DNA of 56,439 nt, the filler included, from Dugesia japonica (taxonomy: Eukaryota): assembly GCA_001938525.1 (NCBI GenBank). It is 5 parts of 5 records of this genome, joined end to end, with 100 filler letters (N's around TTAATTAATTAA, not from the genome) between each part and the next. Parts side by side here need not be neighbours in the genome. Positions count along the whole stretch, not along the records: positions 1 to 13,932 come from MQRL01535463.1; 4 more parts are not named here. One strand, 5' to 3'. The translations under genes were made by a program, and so were the position numbers. Positions within the stretch are counted from its first letter, which is position 1. Every line of letters starts with the position of its first letter. This document shows positions 1-11,874 of this stretch, piece by piece. The notes beneath the pieces are model-generated. The model was not told where the DNA came from, ran no database searches, and saw only the letters and a list, made by a program, of their open reading frames with translations.

Positions 1-666
1 AATAAGATAAATGTGGGCGTAGAAAAAACCGGTATAAAAACCGATGAAAATTTCATAAAAAACACACACTTTTTAACCAACTAAATATTGAGTGACTGAG
101 AAATTTCACATAAAGGTGATTATATTTTCCTTAATTATGGTGACGATTTCCGACTCGAGAAGAAACCGCAATGGTGGATGCCTCAAACAATTAATCGCAA
201 CTACAAAAGTTGTGAACAGGACGTTGTGCTTGCTCCCGACCGGTATCCAGGTGATGTTAGTTATTTTAGTTATGCTAAGTATGTTATTNNNNNNNNNNNN
301 NNNNNNNNNNNNNNNNNNNNNNNNNNNNNNNNNNNNNNTCACAAATTCTTTTGTTTTCATTAAATAGCTATTAAAATTAGTATCAACAATAGGAAAATTA
401 TTGAAGGATAATTGTGCAAGTTAATCTTAATTAGAAAGTTAAGCGAGTATCATATGAACGAACCCGAACTAAGGGAATGCGAGTCTGTACTCGAACTACG
501 AGCCAACGGCTTCATTCCGAAGATCTTGATTTTTTGGGGGACACCAGATTTAAATTCATCGCGGGGTTTTTACCAAATCAATGACCCTAGACCTGGTTCT
601 ATATAAAGATGGACCCCCTAGAATTAATTACAGAAATCATCACCGTAAAAAGGGTAAAACCCAACA
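1..666 (+). mobile_element. 3' part of a long LTR (family copy 1)
   Basis: Ends in GGGTAAAACCCAACA. Positions ~460-666 align with 14033-14237 and 45677-45852, and 20-290 aligns with ~45095-45390. Confidence 0.7.
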
Positions 667-699
667 ATTATAACTGCTATATTTAAGATATTAATGCAT

Positions 700-960
700 T
701 GAATTTCCTTTATGTGGATTTAAATAAATTCACTTTCCATGATATGGATTCAAATAAATACCAGCTCCTGAAGCTGTTACAGATACAGTACCAGATGTCG
801 TATTACTAGTAACTGGAATATTTGTAGTATTGATAGCTAATTTTATTTCAATTTCATCATCTATTTTCTTTTGTAATTCATCATCTTCTAATTGTTTAGT
901 TTTTTTTCCATTAATTCAGTTTCTTTTTTGTTTTAATTGCATTTCTTCAACTACTTACAA
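700..960 (-). pseudogene. Polinton/Maverick small structural ORF fragment
   Basis: Minus strand reads ...SGAGIYLNPYHGK*IYLNPHKG, resembling the repeated GxYLxPY motif seen at the C-terminus of a small Maverick/adintovirus ORF. Confidence 0.5.
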
Positions 961-1329
961 AACGTATACATGCATTGTGCATGACATCAGCATACGTTGT
1001 GCATGACGCGAGCATGCATATACATGCATATAAACGAAATTAAATTAAACGCTTTATTAACATTGAATGTGGATCTCATTATAGAAGAAATGTTTGGAAA
1101 TATTGATAAAAATCATTTATTATATGTTTATAATAAAAACAAATGTTGATTAAATTACATTTATTAAATAACATTTATTAATACATAAAAACACATTCAA
1201 GTACAATAAAACATATTAAAAAAGCAAAATAATGTCATTCATAACCAAAAAACATAATGTTGATCTGAATCTTTTACATTGCACATCAAATCTAAACTAA
1301 TAATTAATAAAGTTTGCATAAATAAAAAA

Positions 1330-2060
1330 TATTAACAGTTTTTCTTGCTTTCCACACGGCATTGTCTTTGCTTCCCTAAAGCATTGAAGAGATCTTTCAT
1401 TTTGATATTTGTTCTAGTTATACTGATTATTTACGGACTATGATATTGTATGTCCATGTTCAATTTATTAGCAATATTTACTTTTTCTTCCTTACAAATC
1501 CCAATAGCTGCTGTTGGTGGATCAAATTGAAAAAACCTCACCAAGTTTTTCATCAAAAATGTCATGTTTTCAAGAACCTTTGAATCTAATTTGAGTCTTT
1601 CTTTTCTTAATACATAATTAATTAATACAATTTTTTTATTAATATTAATAATATTTTACCCACAAACTATGCAGAATCTGAATTTCTATCAATGCATGGA
1701 GACTCTTTTTTAGTTTTTTCTCCAACTTATACCGATATAATAGAATTTCAATGTTGGATATTTCTGACATCGGATTCATAAACGGCTCCAGATTGTATTC
1801 TCTCTTCAAGGCTTCTGCTTTATTAACTATACCTGTAATTAAATTATCCATATAACACGTTGTATACATTATTGTCNAGAGAATCTTCATTTTCTTTGTT
1901 ACTTATCCCTATCTTCTTGATCATTTCATATTGCTTGTGAGATGAACTGCAAATATCTACCATTTTGAAAATAATAAAATATTTAAAAGAATTTTTATTT
2001 ATATACCTGTTGTGTATTTATGTATAATATTATTAGTTGTAGAACGGACAAAAACATACA
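1330..2060 (-). pseudogene. Spliced ORF remnant of unknown function
   Basis: ORF 1645-1890 is flanked by a 50-nt GT-AG intron (2006-1957) and a probable second intron starting at 1659; coding-like sequence continues to ~1340. Confidence 0.4.
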
Positions 2061-2209
2061 TGGAACCAATAAAAGTTCATCTGAAGGAAGAAAAAATTAA
2101 AGAAGACGAAAAGAAAACTAGTTGTAATAATAAATTTTTTTATTGTAAATAGTTTTTATTAATGAATACAATAGGTATGCAGCACAAAGACACATGCCTA
2201 GCAATTTAA

Positions 2210-2352
2210 AACTGCTCAAAACATATCAAGACTGCTCCATCTCTTGCAAAAATAATAGACTGCTCCATCTAAAACATAAATATAAATACTGCTCCATCTA
2301 ATACATAAATATCAAGTCTGCTCCATATAATACATAAAGTCTGATTCATCTA
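2210..2352. repeat. ~28-30 bp tandem repeat, ~5-6 degenerate units
   Basis: Core (A/T)CTGCTCCAT(C/A)T recurs at ~28-30 bp spacing. Confidence 0.75.
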
Positions 2353-3144
2353 ATAAAAAAATCATTTTAATTAAAATCATCATTTTTTATTAAAAATCAC
2401 TATTTTTCAAAAAATCATTAAGTCACTCCGCAACCCATAGAAAAATTCATTTAAATCTTATAATCAACATTAATTAATTCCTCTTCTACTCATATATCTT
2501 TCCTCCAGAGGGAAAGTTTTTTAACTCCCTTATACTACTTACAAAAATTAACCAATCAAATTATCAATTAAAAATTTTTAAATTTATTTTAACCACAACA
2601 CCATCATATTTCCTATTACATAACCTTTCTAACAAGCTATCGTCCACCAAAATCCAACAAATACTCACAAACTTAAACCCTCTTAAAAATGAGTTGATAC
2701 CACTCCTTGTAAATCGAATGAGGCATCCTATCCCATACGTTCTTTAGATAATATACAGGCAGTATTTTAGTCCCGACACAGCCATATCATAAAAACCACC
2801 AAACAGTTAAAATCAATACTTCCTTACCCTCTTCAAGTTTCCTTTTATAGTTACACACACTTACATACACCATCTCCACCAAACCAAATTCAAGTTACCC
2901 TCCACAACTTTTTAAATACACACAAAATTTTAAAATCAAAATACCCCCACCACCTACCTCAGGATCAAATTTCAAAGATCCCGATCAAAATAAATGATCC
3001 AATAAAAAATTTGATCTGATCTAAAATCCTAAAAAAATTTCAGATAAAATCATTAATCACTTTTCTTAAGTCACTTCACTATCTCTGGCTAGGTGGATGA
3101 TCTAGTGCGCTACTTTCTACCTACTTCTATTACATTTATTTCAT

Positions 3145-3615
3145 ATGATTTAACGTCCATTCTGGAATATGTAAATCTAAAGTTAATAATTTTAATTGGG
3201 CTGTGACCTCTTTTTCAACATAAAATAATATTTTACTTTCATTTGTCTATTCCATTCTATTTGAATATATACACTAAATAATAATCTACTATAATATTGT
3301 AAGAATCCAAATAAATTATTGAATGAATAATATCCTTCATATTTGTTTCCTGTATATAAATTTAATCTTTTTTATTTCCCTTATTTGTATCAGTAGCATC
3401 ACCTTTTTTAATATCACGAATTTAACCACATGCTTTTTTATAATGTTTTGCAGATTCATCATATAAAATTAAATTTAACATTGTTGATAATGTTCCTGAA
3501 TCATTTATTTCTTTTACTACAGTTGAACCTAATTTTAATCTTAAACATTTAATTAGGTAACCAATTATTTGTAATCAACATTTCATTAACATCGGTAATT
3601 AATAAAACTAATAAN
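3145..3615 (-). pseudogene. Polinton/Maverick major capsid protein fragment
   Basis: Frameshifted minus-strand translation LITNNWLPN..RLKLGSTVVKEINDSGTLSTMLNLILY..YSFNNLFGFLQYYSRLLFSVYIQIEWNR..LHIPEWTL follows the Maverick MCP motif order. Confidence 0.6.
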
Positions 3616-3899
3616 NNNNNNNNNNNNNNNNNNNNNNNNNNNNNNNNNNNNNNNNNNNNNNNNNNNNNNNNNNNNNNNNNNNNNNNNNNNNNNNNNNNNN
3701 NNNNNNNNNNNNNNNNNNNNNNNNNNNNNNNNNNNNNNNNNNNNNNNNNNNNNNNNNNNNNNNNNNNNNNNNNNNNNNNNNNNNNNNNNNNNNNNNNNNN
3801 NNNNNNNNNNNNGAGTAGGAATTCATCCAATATTACAAAATAAAACGAATAAAATATTGGACAAATATACTTTCAGAAGTAGATGTTTGTTTGATGTAA

Positions 3900-6305
3900 A
3901 TGATAAAAATTATTTTGCTTGAATGAATGTAAATATTTGTTGATTTATTTTACAAATTTATTTAACAAAACTATTCAATATAAAAATAATTATTTTATAG
4001 ATATCATTATAATTTCTAATAATGTTTCAGTTCTAAAGGATGTAAATTACGCAAATTTAATAAATAATTGTGAAAATAAGAGTATATATCCTAAAATTTC
4101 AGGAAGATTTTGTTTGAAGTTAAAATTAAATAATGAATTAAATGTTGATTGTTTACTTGATACTCATGCTAAGATTAATGTAATTGACCATGCAATATTT
4201 TTAAAATTAAATATTACTAAAATTTAAAGTGAATATATTAATGTTATTTGTGCTATTAAAATTCAATTGAAAATAATATTAAGTATTATATTAAAAACTA
4301 CCATTAATAATCAAACAGAATTTATTAAGATTTTTGTTGCAGAAAATATTTCTCCCAGTGTTATTGCAGGAATTGATTTTTTATCAAAATTTAATATTTT
4401 GAATTATATTGATAAAGAGATTTTGGAAATAAAAACTATGAATTCTAAAGAAAGTAAGTAAAAATATCAGTGATATAATCAAATAGTTTTCTGAAATTTT
4501 CATGAAAAATAAATTGGATGTAGGTACGAATGCACTATCAAAACATTTAATTGTTACTCTCGGTGGTTCAATTGTAGTAAGTCCTAAGCGACAACCTATA
4601 CATTTAGAAAATAAAATCAACAAGACTATTTTAAAAATAAAAGAAATGAATATAATTAAAAATGTGATCGTGAGTGGAATAGTCCGTTAGTTTGTGTTTA
4701 AAAGAAAGAGAAGAAAGACTTTAGAATTTGTATTGATTTTAGATTATTGAATAATATAATATAATAATAATAATATAATATAATTGAGAGACCATTGTTC
4801 ACAATACCAAATATAAAAGAAATGCTTGACATTTTGAATGAATTAAAATATTTTACAACAATAGATTTTGGTAATGCATATTACCAGGTAGAATTAAAGC
4901 AAAGTTTAAAATACAAAACAGCATTTTCTACAAGGTTTGGTCAATTTTGCTTCAGCAACATTTCAAAAATTAATGACAAAAGTGTTAGGACACTTAAATT
5001 GGAAGGTAGCAATTGTTTATCTTGATAATTTACTAAAGTTTTTTCAAAACTGAGAATGAACATACAAAAAGACTGGTAAATATTTTAATCAAATGAAAAA
5101 TTTAGGTTTGAAATTAAATCCTGATAAATGTGTAAATTTAATGTGAGATTAAGTTTTTTGGTCAAATCATTTAAAAACATGTTTTAAAAAACAGATCCTG
5201 AAAAGATAAAAGCAATTAAAGAATTCGAACAACCTAAATGTTTTAAAAAACTTCGTGGATTTTTAGAACTTAAAAATTATTACAGAAAATTTATTAAAGA
5301 CTATGCAAAACACTCGAGGATATTAAAGAGTTTATGTGAAAACAATAAAAATAAATTAATATGATCAAATCAATGTAAACAAAATTTTGAAGCGATCATT
5401 AACGAAGGATTCTATACTTATTTATACAGATTTATCCAAAGAATTGATACTAAATACATATGCTAGCTTTGACACAATTGGTGGAGTATTATTGTAGTTA
5501 GATTAGCAAGGTAATGAACGGATTATAATTTATGGATCAAAAGAAATGAGCAAACATTAATTAGGTTAATATTTAACCCGAAAAGAACGTTTTGCAATAT
5601 ATTATATTAAGAAACATTATAAACACTATTTATACGGGAAAACAATCAAACTTTGAACTTATCACAAAGCAATAACTTTTATGATTAATAGAAAAAAACT
5701 TATTACTCCACAAATTTAGACATGAATCAATTAAGTAGTTTGGAAATGATTAACGAATACAGAAAATGATAATATCATTTAAATGCTAGTGCAATGTCAA
5801 GGAATAATTGCTTAACATGTATTCAATGTCAAACAAATCATGATAATGCAGAAAAAGGGAAAATGAAAACAAAAGTCAAAAAACAGGATAAGAATATGCA
5901 TAAATTTTAACAAAAAATTTAATTTATGGTTAGCATCACAATTCAGAGAAGGATGAATGTATCCCAAGCTGAAATAGTTTTGAGGAAAAACTTACAAAAA
6001 GAATGAGTTGTGAAAAATGATCAAAAATATTTAAATTAAAGAAATTTAAAGTGTAAAAGAATTATAAACAATCTAAATAACTTTGAAAATTTCAAAAATT
6101 AAGAAAAGAATAATACAATTAGAAAAACTAATATTGGTGACGGAGTTTTAACTAAAAGAGAAAATCCAAGTAAAAATGAAAACAGACATAAATGATCAGC
6201 AATAATTCTAAAGAACATACATGATAGAAGTATTAAATTAGAACTGATTAATTGTAAAAATAGTAATAAGAAATATTGAATAGTTAAAACACTTTAAAGG
6301 GGGAA
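3900..6305 (+). mobile_element. Degenerate Ty3/Gypsy pol (protease, RT, RNase H; integrase largely deleted)
   Basis: CLLDTHA (protease), IDFGNAYYQVEL/KTAFST (RT), RNase H motifs, and a polypurine tract AAAGGGGGAA at 6296-6305; many stops and frameshifts. Confidence 0.9.
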
Positions 6306-6823
6306 TGTGAGATATGACTGATATTTCTATATTGACTTTTGTATATTTGCCAGTGTAATATGTATTTAATAATGGGTGAATGCATTATTGAATGTATGAA
6401 TGTGTATATTCCATTGTTATTAGGTCAATAAGTAATGAAATTGTTGTATGATTTAATCAGGTTTATATATACCATTTCTATTATTTCTATACTATTGGTG
6501 TAAATTAATTTTCTTTATGAAACTCTTAAAAACTAAATTAAAAATATCAAATCCATGAAAAGAATATACCAAATACAACCTTATACAACTTATGAAACCA
6601 TAGAAAACTGTAGAAAGCTGCAGAGTATCAAACAATTATAGAATACCCAGAAAACTATATGATAATCGTGTAAGTTATATTTCAACGATGAAAACCTAAC
6701 TAACAATGAAACTAATTATTTGATATCCAGAGAAAAGAAGGAACAGAAAATTTAGAGGTGCAAGTAGAGCGGCAGGCAGAGGATGAGGACAGTTATATAT
6801 TTTGTTGAAAAGGATACATTACA
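6306..6823 (+). mobile_element. 3' LTR of the Gypsy element
   Basis: TGTGAG directly follows the PPT. The candidate end is ...GATACATTACA at ~6823 (uncertain). Confidence 0.5.
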
Positions 6824-6989
6824 ATACTTAATGTAGATTTATGCAACACATAATTTGAACAAGTCTATTAAGTAATCATTTGTGATGACATTTGAGAAAT
6901 CAATTCAATAGTTCAATATTTAAGTTATTATGTGATTAGGTAAACAATTTCTTTAAATTTATATTTCTTTTAACTCATAATTTTTTTCA

Positions 6990-7265
6990 AAATATATTTC
7001 CACGTTCTGTTTCACCCGTTTTTTTAAAATATTTAATTAGAAAAACTTAATTAAATGCTTTTGAATTTATTCAATTATTTACAAATAAACATTTAAAATT
7101 GAAATTTCTTTAAACTTCTAAATTTTAAATATATTTCAAGGTTGTTTTTCATACTGGTTTTTCTATTTAAATACGTTTTCTTTCGGATTCAATATATTAA
7201 TTCAAAAAATTTAATTAAATGCTTTCGTATTTATTAAATTATTCAATAGTAAACATTTAAAATTT
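6990..7265. repeat. Degenerate two-copy tandem duplication
   Basis: ATATATTTC...TTAATTAAATGCTTT...AAACATTTAAAATT occurs twice. Confidence 0.5.
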
Positions 7266-8229
7266 ATAGATAAAGAATTTTGTTTAAATATTTAATATTA
7301 GAGATAGTTATTTTTTATAATTTTTTGATTTTTCAGAAATAAGTCATTTTATCAACTTTTTTGAAATAAAATCAAGTGAATCATTTATAAACTATAGTAG
7401 CCGGATCAATGGTAATTGAAAGTAAAACCTCTGTTCTGTTGCAGACTCTGAGCGATGTAATGCAAAATCTTTTTATAACATAAAGAACTATTCTGTTAAT
7501 TGTAAGTGGCTCTAATTGTTCTTTTAATTTTGTTATTAAATAATAATGCATTTTTAATGAATTTTCAAAAGATGATTTGAACAGTAGTCATTTTTCTAAA
7601 CTTTGAAAGTCAATCCGTTGATACGGATTTAAATGCTGACCTTTTCGTAGATATTTCTAAAACCCTATTAATTCTAATAATTTATATTAATTTTTCTATT
7701 TAATCAAAATATAAATTTTCTTAACCTGTGGAATATTAACAAGAAAATGAACAAATGAAAAAAATTTTCAGTTCAGTTTTTTAAACATTTCCACAATGTT
7801 TTCGGTTTTCTGGAATGTTCGATATTTTGGTTTTGGTTATCTTTTCATCAGTTTCGGCTGGAAAATTCCCAATAAGTAGTTTTTTAACTAAGTTCAGATT
7901 CAAATCATTGGTGTTGGTCTCAGTGGAGGCATTAGCAGCCGTGATTTTCTCATTTCTACAAATTGAGCAAACTTCATCAATTTTAGGACAATAAACATCA
8001 GTGGGATCTCTCTTATTGGTATTCATAAAATTAAAAGACTAGTGATTTCTAATCTCTTTTCTAAATTGATTAAGTAACACTCTTATTTTCTTTATATCAA
8101 TCAAGATATGACTTGGTGTTATATCTGTATTTATCAGTGATATTTCCTTAGCTTTCATGCTAGCTTTTCCGTTGAGAATACTACAACATTTTGCCAACTA
8201 TCGAATACAGGTCTATGATATCAAGAGAG

Positions 8230-10385
8230 TCACTTCTTTTATAGTTTGATGTGTCCAATGGGGCTCCCTCCTCCGAAGAGAGGTATTGAACCTAAGGAGT
8301 TCTACAGGAGTTCCCATCAAAGTGAACTTACAATACGGTTTCTCTCGCNNNNNNNNNNNNNNCGCCCCTTGGGAAGGTGGTCTTGGGACCTCTCAGTCTG
8401 ACCGCAGATCAAGTAGAAAAGGATCATATATGATCCCTTGTTCCTTGGTTGAGCATTTCTTTCTTTGTTTTTGTTTCTTTCTTGCAGTTTCTAAACGGGC
8501 ATTTGAATGATGCCCCTTGTAAGTCTATTTTGATTGGATATTCTGTTTCTTGTTTAGTTGTTTCTATCTCGATATCTGTCGTTGTTCTGGTTATCTCGCT
8601 TTCTTCAATTTCTTCATTATTGTTGTTTTCTTCATTGATTGTCGTAGTAGCTGTTGTCGTTGAATTTGTGTGACAGCTCTTTGTATGTTTCTCAAGCCAT
8701 CTTTTAGTAGCATAGACTGCATAGCAGTTATTATATTGACATCTGAATTTGCAATCTTTTTGGTTTTCTATCGTATGGTTGTTCTTCATGTGTCTATTAA
8801 TCTCTTTTTTTTCTCTTGCTTTAAATTCGCATAGTTTGCACATTTCTTCTTTCTCTCTTTGTTCTGTTTCTTTTATTCGTTTTCTGTCTGTAGTTTTTGT
8901 TATCTCTTTTAGTTCTTCTAATCTTTCATTGATGCTGGTTTTGTTTCTTTCCATCATTTTTCCTGTTATTTTTTCTTGTCTTTTACTTTTTCATTCCACC
9001 ATTGTTTCTTTCTACCACTGACTTTTGCTTCATTTCTCATTTCAAAACTTTCTGCTGCTTCTCTTATTTCTGTATTTTCAAGCTTTCCCCATAGTCTTAG
9101 TCGTCTTGTCGCAATCAGTTGTCTCATATTTGGTAGTTTTACTAGTTTTCTGATGTTGTTGCCCATGTTTCTGCTCCGTAGCTGATCGTTGGTATTACTA
9201 CACTTTGGACAAGGGCTATCTTGGTTGCTCTCCTTAGATACGGTCTCTTTAGTATTGAGCCAATCATGTTCATTTTCTTTTGCCCAGCATTTACTCTTGC
9301 TTTATTTCTCTTTTGATGTTGCCACTGTTATCTATTATTTGGCCTAGGTATTTAAATTCGTTTACGGTTTCTATTTCTTAGCCATCTATTTCTACCTTCT
9401 TGATGATATTATTGCCGTTCAGCCACATAGCTTTTGTTTTGTTTATGCTGATTTTTATCCTCATTGGTATCATGCACTCATTCAGCCTCTTTAGGTTATC
9501 ATTTAATCCTTCACTGTTGTATCCACAAGGTATAGGTCATCTGCATAGGTACCATATGTTAGGTTGTATGGTCCTTGATCTGTTTTCAGTCTTAATCCCT
9601 TTTTCAGGTTCGCTGATTTTATGGCATGATCAAACACTACGTTGAATAGTGTTGGTCCCATAATGCAACCTTGTCTCACTCATCTTTCCATCATGAGTCG
9701 TTCATCGCCAATTCTGCCTTCAACGCCGTTGTGGAATTCTTTGATTATTCTTATCATATTCAGTGGTACTCTTATTCTTTTCAAAGTTTGACACATGATA
9801 TATCTTGGTATGCTATCAAATGCCTTCTCAAGGTAATGAATGCACAAATTACCTGATTGTTTTTGCTTCTTCTTGTTGATCTTTTACTTCTGAAGCCGAA
9901 TTGGCTATCTTTGGCTTTTCACTATATTCCTGTAGCCGCTTATTCACGATTTTTGCTAGAATTTTTCCATAGCTTTCTAGTAGGAATATTCCTCTGTAGT
10001 TGGATGCATCTGTTTTCTTTCCCTTTCCTTTGTTTCTCCACTCTTTTGGGAATTCGTCTTTTCCAGTCCATATCTTTTTGAGGTCTTTGTACATCTTTTC
10101 TAGTAGTTCTGTTTTTCCATATTTGTAAGCCTCAGCTGGTATCCCGCTTTTTCCACGTGCTTTGTTATTCTTAAGCTCATTGATTGCTTCATATATGGTT
10201 CATATTGCTTTATATTGGTTTTCTTTTTCTGATCTGTTTTTATCGTTTCCCGTGTTGGTTGTTCTTTCTTGTTTTCTGAATAGTTGAAGTGGTTAACTAG
10301 CTCTTTGTCACTTCTAATGGTTTGCACTATTATGCTATTCCCCGTCACCACGCACGCCACTTTCCTGCGGTATGCTCCGTCGGTT
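8230..10385 (-). mobile_element. 5'-truncated non-LTR retrotransposon (RTE-like LINE): RT plus C-terminal C2H2 zinc fingers
   Basis: NYRGIFLLESYGKILAKIVNKRL, VRQGCIMGPTLFN, YADD (~9545) and FKYLG (~9350). Downstream are CKLC..H..H, CQYNNC..H...H and CPFRNC fingers in ORF 8424-8957. Confidence 0.88.
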
Positions 10386-11292
10386 TTTCCATCTCTGTGG
10401 TAACCAATAATCTATATCACACCATTAACTCCAACAATTTGTCTAGTTTAATTTCCTTAACCTTTCCGAATTTTAAATTAATGTTTATGATTTCAAATTT
10501 AATATGGTTTAACTCGGAATTAAATACTTTTTTCAAAACTTGTTTGTTACTCGCTACAAGGATAGTGGCGCATAGAACACTTGAACTTTGGTTCAATGAT
10601 TTCTCAGCAAATCTTAATGGTATTGTATCGAATTTGTCACCATTTGTCTTAGAACTAACAGCTAAACATTTGTACAGGGTATAATGGAGATTACTTTTCT
10701 CAAATTACTTTATTTTTTCTTTTTATACCGAGAAATATCAACATTAACTTTACATAAAATAATACAAATAAAAACGTACAAAAAAGCATATTTTTAAACT
10801 AATATTTATTTCAATAAATCTAATGTATGAAGATAAAGATAATAATAATAAAGATTTTTACAACTGATGTTAAGATTTTATTTAAATATTTAATCAATAT
10901 GGTGTTAATCAAAATATGGTTAATCAACGAATTGTGGCTTTGATATTAATATATTATTATAATGATAATAGTAATAATTATAAAAAAAAACAATTAATAA
11001 TGATAATTAAAACCAGTAAACCTTTTGCAAAAACATCAAGAATATCGACTTAAAACCACAACAGACACAATAATAATGAACATGCCGATGGTATATCTTT
11101 GAAAAAATAAAAATCATGTAAAACTGGGATCCCCCTTACAGATAAAATTTTACTAATGAATAATATAAAAATGGGAAACTGGGATTCGCATAAAATAAAA
11201 TCGCATAAATACAGAATTAAGTGTATAGAACTGGTAAAAATATTAAATCCCTATCAAAAACATGAGTTTAATTTAATTGTTCCAGTTGCTGA

Positions 11293-11347
11293 ATATATAC
11301 TATTGAGTAATTGATATATATATACTCAGTTACTCAATGGTACATAT
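11293..11347. other. Stem-loop (22-bp imperfect stem, 11-nt loop TATATATATAC); possible rolling-circle origin
   Basis: ATATATACTATTGAGTAATTGA pairs with TCAGTTACTCAATGGTACATAT; it lies ~530 bp upstream of the Rep-like gene. Confidence 0.4.
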
Positions 11348-11874
11348 ATATATACTTAATCTATTACTAAAAATTATATATAAAAGCCTCTTAATAATAT
11401 ATAAAAAGTAATTATTGGAAAGATTTTAATGATAACAAGAAACATATTCTATAAATTTAATTACAATTTTAAAGCAACTATATAAATAATAAGTAAATTT
11501 ATAAATAATATAAATAGTCTTTATATATAGATTTCTAAATTTTATTTAATAATATGAAATTAATTTAGTATAATTTCTATTTTAATTTATAAAAATAAAT
11601 AGATTATAATTATTATCATGGTAAATGATACATGGTATTATGCAGTAATGAAATTGTCTTTGTAACGTGTCTTTGTAATCATATTAGTCACGTTCTTTAT
11701 TTTAGTAGCAACGTTGTAAATATGCTACGTTGTGGTATTATATTTTTTTTGTACCAATGATAACTTAGAAATTATTCACTGAATATATTACATTGCGGTA
11801 CTTTAAAAATATATAAATAAATACATATTTTTAATTTTCAATTTTACAATAAAATAATTTAATATTAAATAATT

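Noticed and set aside
92-367. ORF 92-367 and ORF 45222-45404 as a conserved transmembrane peptide
   Set aside because: The similarity is a by-product of DNA homology; synonymous changes favour the alternative WWxP..PDRxP frame.
2210-2352. CRISPR-like repeat array
   Set aside because: Eukaryotic context, spacers are similar to each other, the period is too short, and there are no cas genes.
8255-8330. HDV-like ribozyme (GGGCTCCCTCCTCC...)
   Set aside because: The nested double pseudoknot could not be built, and it lies antisense at the LINE 3' end rather than at the 5' end.
8449-9185. Hydrophobic plus-strand ORFs resembling membrane proteins
   Set aside because: Antisense shadows of the A-rich LINE coding strand.
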